Of a DNA stretch of 11,662 nucleotides, positions 1 to 4,073 are shown piece by piece; position 1 is the stretch's first letter; each line of letters starts with the position of its first letter. The DNA is from a virus. Taxonomy: Duplodnaviria > Heunggongvirae > Uroviricota > Caudoviricetes. The translations under genes and the position numbers were made by a program. Below the pieces are notes generated by a model. It searched no databases. It was not told the DNA's origin and saw nothing but the letters and a program-made list of their open reading frames with translations. Location of the stretch: IMG/VR virus record IMGVR_UViG_2695420859_000009. One strand, 5' to 3'.

Positions 1-116
1 CTGGCTTCATTGGCCCATTTCAGATCCTGCGCTGCATTAATTTTCTGGTGCATCCACTCATAAAGTTCATCATCGGTATAGTCTGGCGCGATGATGACGG
101 GTTCTCGTTTCTGCAT
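1..116 (-). CDS. Hypothetical prophage protein, N-terminal 38 codons only (gene continues past the window start)
   Basis: ATG at 116..114 (minus) preceded by GAGGAA Shine-Dalgarno 5 nt upstream; open frame to the window edge translating MQKREPVIIAPDYTDDELYEWMHQKINAAQDLKWANEA. Not in the ORF track because it is truncated. Confidence 0.45.
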   Translation of the reverse strand, partial: MQKREPVIIAPDYTDDELYEWMHQKINAAQDLKWANEA

Positions 117-145
117 ACTGATTCCTCGCGGTGCTGTTTCGCTTA

Positions 146-274
146 TCAGCCGTTAGATTTTGCCGAACTGGAAAGCGCCTGTTTAAATTCGTTGAAGCTG
201 AGAGCTTCTTCGCCTTCGGCAAGACCTTCGAAGTATTCTTCGTAAGCCTTTTCCATGATTGTGTCGAAATCCAT
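146..274 (-). CDS. Small hypothetical protein, 42 aa (MDFDTIMEKAYEEYFEGLAEGEEALSFNEFKQALSSSAKSNG), acidic; Rac-type small early-left ORF
   Basis: Hand translation of the minus strand: ATG at 274..272 with GGTGA-like SD, stop TGA at 148..146. Below the track size cutoff. Codon usage looks enterobacterial. The ydaF/ydaG-type naming is a guess from memory and is not assigned. Confidence 0.45.
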   Translation of the reverse strand: MDFDTIMEKAYEEYFEGLAEGEEALSFNEFKQALSSSAKSNG

Positions 275-275
275 A

Positions 276-431
276 TCACTCACCTGAGTTTCTTTCCAGC
301 CAGCGACGGGCACCATTTTCGGTTTTAAACGTTTTGCTTTTGTTATACGTCATCGCGGTGAACGTACCGTCCTGGTTGGGGAACACGCCACATACCAGAG
401 ATTCGCTGTTGCCAAGATCGATAGTATCCAT
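276..431 (-). CDS. Small hypothetical protein copy 1, 51 aa (MDTIDLGNSESLVCGVFPNQDGTFTAMTYNKSKTFKTENGARRWLERNSGE)
   Basis: Lies inside track ORF 276..512 (minus). The internal ATG at 431 has a GAGG SD a few nt upstream and is the more likely start. A near-identical paralog lies 335 bp away. Confidence 0.5.
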   Translation of the reverse strand: MDTIDLGNSESLVCGVFPNQDGTFTAMTYNKSKTFKTENGARRWLERNSGE

Positions 432-516
432 GCTGACCTCATTTCCCCTTAACGCCGGGGTAGCGGAACAAAAACCTGCTGCATAGTTATTAAAGTTGAA
501 CCCTGCCGTCATGTTC

Positions 517-609
517 TTACGCCTCGGGCTGGCTACTTAACCCCTGACCACTGCCTGGTAACTCGAAGTATTCTTCGTAAGCCTTTTCCATGATTGTGTC
601 GAAATCCAT
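517..609 (-). pseudogene. Duplication-generated 5' fragment of the 146..274 gene: first 15 codons (MDFDTIMEKAYEEYF) fused to 15 unrelated codons, then stop
   Basis: The unit junction at 563/564 cuts the copy of the small gene after codon 15. Minus-strand translation from ATG 609 gives MDFDTIMEKAYEEYFELPGSGQGLSSQPEA, stop at 519..517. Confidence 0.4.
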
Positions 610-610
610 A

Positions 611-766
611 TCACCCACCTGAATTTCTTTCCAGCCAGCGACGGGCACCATTTTCGGTTTTAAACGTTTTGCTTTTGGTATACGTCATCGCGGTGAACGT
701 ACCGTCCTGGTTGGGAAACACGCCGTACACCAGAGATTCGTTGTTGCCAAGATCGATAGTATCCAT
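611..766 (-). CDS. Small hypothetical protein copy 2, 51 aa (MDTIDLGNNESLVYGVFPNQDGTFTAMTYTKSKTFKTENGARRWLERNSGG)
   Basis: Paralog of 276..431 inside track ORF 611..847. Differs from copy 1 at four residues (S9N, C14Y, N30T, E51G) plus three synonymous sites. Confidence 0.5.
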   Translation of the reverse strand: MDTIDLGNNESLVYGVFPNQDGTFTAMTYTKSKTFKTENGARRWLERNSGG

Positions 767-949
767 GTTGACCTCATTTCCCCTTAACGCCGGGGTAGCG
801 GAACAAAAACCTGCTGCATAGTTATTAAAGTTGAACCCTGCCGTCATGTTCTTACGCCTCGGGCTGGCTACTTAACCCCTGACCACTGCCTGGTAACTCG
901 AAGTATTGCCCTGCATTCTGTGGGGTGGGGTGGGTTGGTATGAAAGGAA

Positions 950-989
950 GGATACCCATGGGTATCCAAAAAGTAAATACCCATGGGTA
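950..989. promoter_or_regulatory. Two operator-like palindromes (GGATACCCATGGGTATCC at 950..967; TACCCATGGGTA at 978..989) overlapping a candidate leftward promoter
   Basis: A perfect 18-bp palindrome and a perfect 12-bp palindrome sharing the core TACCCATGGGTA, centres 25 bp apart. On the minus strand they overlap TTTACT-N17-TATCCT, a weak sigma70-like promoter pointing at the small leftward genes. Confidence 0.45.
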
Positions 990-1031
990 ATTTTTTGATG
1001 TGTCTTAACTGGTGACTGGTTGTTTGGTGAG

Positions 1032-1451
1032 TTATGATGCGTTTTGTGCTTTCTTTTTACGGATTTCTTCGTAGATCATATTGTAATACTGTTTTTTCTC
1101 TTCAAGAGTTTTTAATAAGTTATCCGCTTCACTTTCTGGCAGTTCGTCTAAGAGATCTAAAAAAATACGTTGTCGTGGCGTTAGAACCCTTGTTTCATAA
1201 TTGGAGGCTGTGTTCGTTGATGATGAAACGATACCATCCATCCATCCCCGGGGTAACCCAAAGGACTCTTCTATAATCTCCACCATATCATCAGCGATCC
1301 GTTTTTTTCCTTTTTTCCCCTCTGGGTACAACATTCTTGATACATAAGAAGGCTCGCGACCGATCTTTCTGGCCACGTTAACCGCTTTACCATCGCATTT
1401 CTCATCACGAATTTTGATGAGTTGTTGTCGTCTAAATTCATATTTGTCCAT
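1032..1451 (-). CDS. racR: RacR-like prophage repressor (cI-type immunity repressor)
   Basis: Track ORF 1032..1493 (minus). The product from MDKYEFRRQQLIKIRDEKCDGKAVNVARKIGREPSYVSRMLYPEGKK matches my memory of Rac prophage RacR. ATG at 1451 is preferred; the track start at 1493 is a TTG and would place an operator-like site (1472..1483) inside the coding region. Start is uncertain. Confidence 0.75.
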   Translation of the reverse strand: MDKYEFRRQQLIKIRDEKCDGKAVNVARKIGREPSYVSRMLYPEGKKGKKRIADDMVEIIEESFGLPRGWMDGIVSSSTNTASNYETRVLTPRQRIFLDLLDELPESEADNLLKTLEEKKQYYNMIYEEIRKKKAQNAS

Positions 1452-1471
1452 AGGTAAATAATAGATGCGAT

Positions 1472-1528
1472 TACCGCAAGGTAAACAACCCAAGGGTATT
1501 GACTTTTGTTTACCTGTGGGTATTCTTT
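1472..1528. promoter_or_regulatory. Divergent promoter/operator region between racR and ydaS: three operator-like sites and a rightward -35/-10
   Basis: Sites TACCGCAAGGTA (1472..1483), AACCCAAGGGTA (1487..1498) and TACCTGTGGGTA (1511..1522) share TACC-N4-GGTA with the palindromes at 950..989. A candidate rightward promoter, TTGACT (1499..1504) with TATTCT (1521..1526) 16 bp downstream, overlaps the third site, just upstream of the ydaS SD AAGGAG. Confidence 0.4.
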
Positions 1529-1551
1529 GCTGTGTTTACTAAGGAGTAGCT

Positions 1552-1833
1552 ATGGAAGAATTAAGAATATTTCTCAATTCTCTTTCGTCAGATGAACAGC
1601 GTATGTTTGCATGTGAGTGTGGTACTAGCATCGGTTATCTAAGAAAGGCATTGAGTAAAGGTCAAATGTTAGGGGCATCGTTATGTGTCCTTATTGAGCG
1701 AGCCAGTAATGGTGAAGTTACACGTCAGCAACTAAGGCCTTTTGATTGGATGAATATTTGGCCCGAGCTGGAAGATACCAAAACGTTAACACAACCACTT
1801 ACTAGGAGCTTGATTCATGAAAATCAAGCATGA
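1552..1833 (+). CDS. ydaS: YdaS-like small HTH protein (Cro-like, first gene of the rightward operon)
   Basis: Track ORF with AAGGAG SD upstream of the ATG. It sits divergent from the repressor and upstream of a ydaT-like gene; the sequence matches my memory of Rac YdaS. Confidence 0.75.
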   Translation: MEELRIFLNSLSSDEQRMFACECGTSIGYLRKALSKGQMLGASLCVLIERASNGEVTRQQLRPFDWMNIWPELEDTKTLTQPLTRSLIHENQA

Positions 1834-2242
1834 ACACATCCGCATGGCGATGAATGCCTGGGCGCGTCCTGATGGCGAAAAAGTTCCAGCAGCTGGAATA
1901 ACCCAGGCTTATTTTGAGTTGGGTATGACGTTCCCAGAACTGTATGACGACAGCCATCCGGAAGCCCTGGCTCGCAATACCCAGAAAATTTTCCGCTGGG
2001 TAGAGAAAGACACCCCTGATGCAGTTGAAAAAATTCAGGCGTTGTTACCAGCGATCGAAAAGGCAATGCCACCTTTGCTGGTGGCCAGAATGCGCAGCCA
2101 CAGTTCAGCTTATTTTCGGGAGTTGGTGGAGACGCGGGAGCGACTGGTGAGAGACGCTGATGATTTTGTCGCAGTGGCAATCGCCGGTTTCAATCAGATG
2201 AACCGTGGTGGCCCGGCAGGAAATGCTGTGGCAGTACATTGA
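1817..2242 (+). CDS. ydaT: YdaT-like protein (toxic when derepressed in Rac)
   Basis: Track ORF overlapping the ydaS end by 17 nt, with AGGAG SD. Order and size match the Rac racR-ydaS-ydaT module. Confidence 0.75.
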   Translation: MKIKHEHIRMAMNAWARPDGEKVPAAGITQAYFELGMTFPELYDDSHPEALARNTQKIFRWVEKDTPDAVEKIQALLPAIEKAMPPLLVARMRSHSSAYFRELVETRERLVRDADDFVAVAIAGFNQMNRGGPAGNAVAVH

Positions 2243-2313
2243 CTGACAATAGCCATATCGAATCGCTTCCGGCAATTCGTGAGTAAAAAGATTCGGTATC
2301 AGAAGAGGTGAGT

Positions 2314-3384
2314 ATGGCTAACGCCTGGCTCAGATTATGGCATGACATGCCAAATGACCCTAAGTGGCGAACAATTGCCAGGGTGTCAGGGCAGCCAATT
2401 GCAACAGTGATGGCAGTGTATATCCACCTCCTGGTGAGCGCGTCACGAAATGTCACGCGAGGTCACATTGATGTCACGACAGAAGATTTGGCAAGTGCGC
2501 TCGACGTGACAGAAGAGGTAATTGATTCAATTTTGCAGACGATGCAGGGGCGGGTACTTGATGGTGATTTAATCACTGGATGGGAAAAACGCCAGGTGCT
2601 TAAAGAGGACAACGGCAATATTTCGCAAACCGCAAAATCTCCGGCAGAGCGCAAGAGGGCGCAGCGTGAGAGGGAAAGAAAGCGGGAACAAAATGGCGAT
2701 TGTCACGGCGCGTCACGAAATGTCACGCACATGTCACGACGAGTCACGACAGATAAAGATACAGATAGAGATACAGATAAAGAAGATCAAAACACTATGG
2801 TCCATGGCGTAAAAAACGCCACGAACCATGTAGGGGATGTTCAGACCGTCACTCCTGGCCAGCCCGCAGGCACGACACCGGAAGCCGATTCAGCGTATGC
2901 GCTGAAAGCCGATTCGGGCGCTGTGCAGCAGGCGATGACCGCTGGGCCGGAGCAATCACACCAACTGCAGCAGCCTGAAGCCGATTCCGCCATTCAGCGG
3001 GAAGCCGATCGGGTAGTCCCGGAAAACACCGGGCAGCCTGTGGGACGAGTGGATTATCCGGATGTGTTCGAACAGGTCTGGCGGGAATACCCGTTACGAG
3101 CCGGGGCAAACCCGAAGAAATCCGCTTTCAGTGCCTGGAAGGCCAGATTACGCGAGGGGGTGCCACCAGAGGCCATGCTGGATGGTGTAAGGCGTTACAC
3201 AAGATACCTGGCTGCTACCGGGAAAACGGGAACGGAATTTGTTCAGCGAGCGACGACGTTTTTTGGACCGGACCGGAATTTTGAAAACCCCTGGTTGCTC
3301 CCGGTAAGCGGCACGAACAACCAGCGTTGTGTTAATCATATTTCTGAACCGGACACCGAAATTCCGCCGGGATTCAGAGGGTAA
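2314..3384 (+). CDS. Phage replication initiator, lambda O-like (iteron-binding N-terminal part, acidic linker, C-terminal domain)
   Basis: Track ORF 2308..3384; ATG at 2314 with GAGGTGAG SD is preferred over GTG 2308. Two iteron clusters and an AT-rich GATA-repeat tract (encoding DKDTDRDTDKEDQ) lie inside the gene, as for ori-lambda inside gene O. It directly follows the immunity/cro-like operon. Confidence 0.65.
   Translation: MANAWLRLWHDMPNDPKWRTIARVSGQPIATVMAVYIHLLVSASRNVTRGHIDVTTEDLASALDVTEEVIDSILQTMQGRVLDGDLITGWEKRQVLKEDNGNISQTAKSPAERKRAQRERERKREQNGDCHGASRNVTHMSRRVTTDKDTDRDTDKEDQNTMVHGVKNATNHVGDVQTVTPGQPAGTTPEADSAYALKADSGAVQQAMTAGPEQSHQLQQPEADSAIQREADRVVPENTGQPVGRVDYPDVFEQVWREYPLRAGANPKKSAFSAWKARLREGVPPEAMLDGVRRYTRYLAATGKTGTEFVQRATTFFGPDRNFENPWLLPVSGTNNQRCVNHISEPDTEIPPGFRG
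2439..2480. repeat. Iteron cluster 1: GTCACG repeated at about 10-bp spacing
   Basis: GTCACG at 2442, 2452 and 2473 plus GTCACA at 2462. The 21-mer CGCGTCACGAAATGTCACGC is repeated exactly in cluster 2 at 2709..2729. Confidence 0.5.
2701..2800. repeat. Iteron cluster 2 (5 x GTCACG at 10-11 bp spacing) followed by an AT-rich GATA/GATACA repeat tract; candidate origin of replication
   Basis: GTCACG at 2702, 2712, 2722, 2733 and 2743, then AGATAAAGATACAGATAGAGATACAGATAAAGAAGATCAAAACACT (2751..2796). Iterons one helical turn apart beside an AT-rich unwinding element is the classic ori layout. Confidence 0.5.
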
Positions 3385-3421
3385 CAGATTTCAGGTCATG
3401 GGGTAATTTTCAGGAGGGCTT

Positions 3422-3697
3422 GTGGCAAAAGTTTTTACTCCCGAACTGCGGGAAGAAGTGAAGGCGCGCATTGTGGAACTGGTACGCAGAGATGGGCGAA
3501 AAACGCGTAAACAACTGGAAAATGAAACCGGGGCGACGAGACACCTGATAGAAGTTCTGGTGAAAGAGCTGGTAGTTAGTGGCGCAGTATATGGTTCAGG
3601 ACATGGAATATTTCCTTCGGAGCAGGCTCGTAAGGACTGGGGAAAAGCCCGCAAAAAAAATGTCGAGAGCGGCAGTGAAAAAGAAGAGCGACCCTGA
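3422..3697 (+). CDS. Small basic protein (91 aa, possible winged-helix DNA-binding), possibly frameshifted into the next ORF
   Basis: Track ORF; GTG start at 3422 with a strong AGGAGG SD 4 nt upstream. The frame ends shortly after an A8 homopolymer (3653..3660), and the +1 frame stays open for another 56 codons. Confidence 0.4.
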   Translation: MAKVFTPELREEVKARIVELVRRDGRKTRKQLENETGATRHLIEVLVKELVVSGAVYGSGHGIFPSEQARKDWGKARKKNVESGSEKEERP

Positions 3698-3830
3698 CCT
3701 GATTTATTCATTGCTAGATGGCGAAATACGCCGTTACAACAGACGACAGAATATAATTTGTCGCGAGTGTCGTCAGAGCGAAGTTATGCAGCGCATACTG
3801 GAATTTTATCAGGGAAATGTTCGGTATTAA
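3579..3830 (+). CDS. Overlapping-frame ORF; its 3' two-thirds (from about 3660) may be the C-terminal continuation of the 3422 gene
   Basis: Track ORF 3579..3830 overlaps 3422..3697 by 119 nt in the +1 frame. The tail LIYSLLDGEIRRYNRRQNIICRECRQSEVMQRILEFYQGNVRY looks protein-like. There is no good RBS for an independent start. Confidence 0.3.
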   Translation: MAQYMVQDMEYFLRSRLVRTGEKPAKKMSRAAVKKKSDPDLIYSLLDGEIRRYNRRQNIICRECRQSEVMQRILEFYQGNVRY

Positions 3831-3974
3831 TTGAAGTGACGAAATTAAAGAGCATTAGTTCAGATATTAATTGACACTTCGATGGCACAGGCCCAGACCT
3901 AGTCTGGTTGTCAGCTTTGAGCTAGGTGAACGTTGGTATCGTTAGTTTGTATTAATCAACGGAGAATAGGCCAA

Positions 3975-4005
3975 ATGACTTTTCTTTGCCTCTTTTAATT
4001 ATAAT
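3975..4005 (+). promoter_or_regulatory. Candidate sigma70 promoter in the AT-rich tract upstream of the 932-aa gene
   Basis: Perfect TATAAT at 4000..4005 with an ATGACT/TGACTT -35-like element 18-19 bp upstream (3975..3981). The gene SD AGGAA at 4063..4067 lies 6 nt before ATG 4074. Confidence 0.3.
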
Positions 4006-4073
4006 TCAAGTTCAATTGATTACATTGAAGTACTAATGTGAGTCCGTCAAACAAATAGCTCAAGGAATAGGTC

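Larger units (their letters stand above)
229..898. repeat. Tandem direct duplication, 2 x 335 bp (229..563 and 564..898), 9 substitutions and no indels between copies; first 8-12 bp of a third unit at 899..907
   Basis: Direct comparison of the two units base by base. Track ORFs recur at exactly +335 (259..486 vs 594..821; 276..512 vs 611..847). Confidence 0.95.

Noticed and set aside
48-328. Plus-strand ORFs 48..245 and 131..328
   Set aside because: They overlap the better-supported minus-strand small genes, which have SDs. No RBS, and the composition looks like reverse-frame artefact.
259-486. Plus-strand 75-aa ORF, with its twin at 594..821
   Set aside because: Antisense shadow of the duplicated 51-codon minus-strand gene. 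It recurs only because the DNA is duplicated, and it has no RBS.
229-907. Considered whether the repeats could be a CRISPR array or IS element ends
   Set aside because: Only two long (335 bp) units with no short spacer-repeat periodicity, no terminal inverted repeats and no transposase ORF.
1034-1276. Plus-strand 80-aa ORF
   Set aside because: Lies entirely inside the repressor gene on the opposite strand; shadow ORF.
1824-2180. Minus-strand 118-aa ORF
   Set aside because: Antisense to the ydaT-like gene; Pro/Cys/His-rich composition typical of a non-coding frame.
2190-3711. Minus-strand ORFs 2190..2456, 2463..2654, 2849..3109, 3148..3339 and 3391..3711
   Set aside because: All are antisense to the replication initiator or the small basic gene, with no RBS and skewed Arg/Pro/Ser content.
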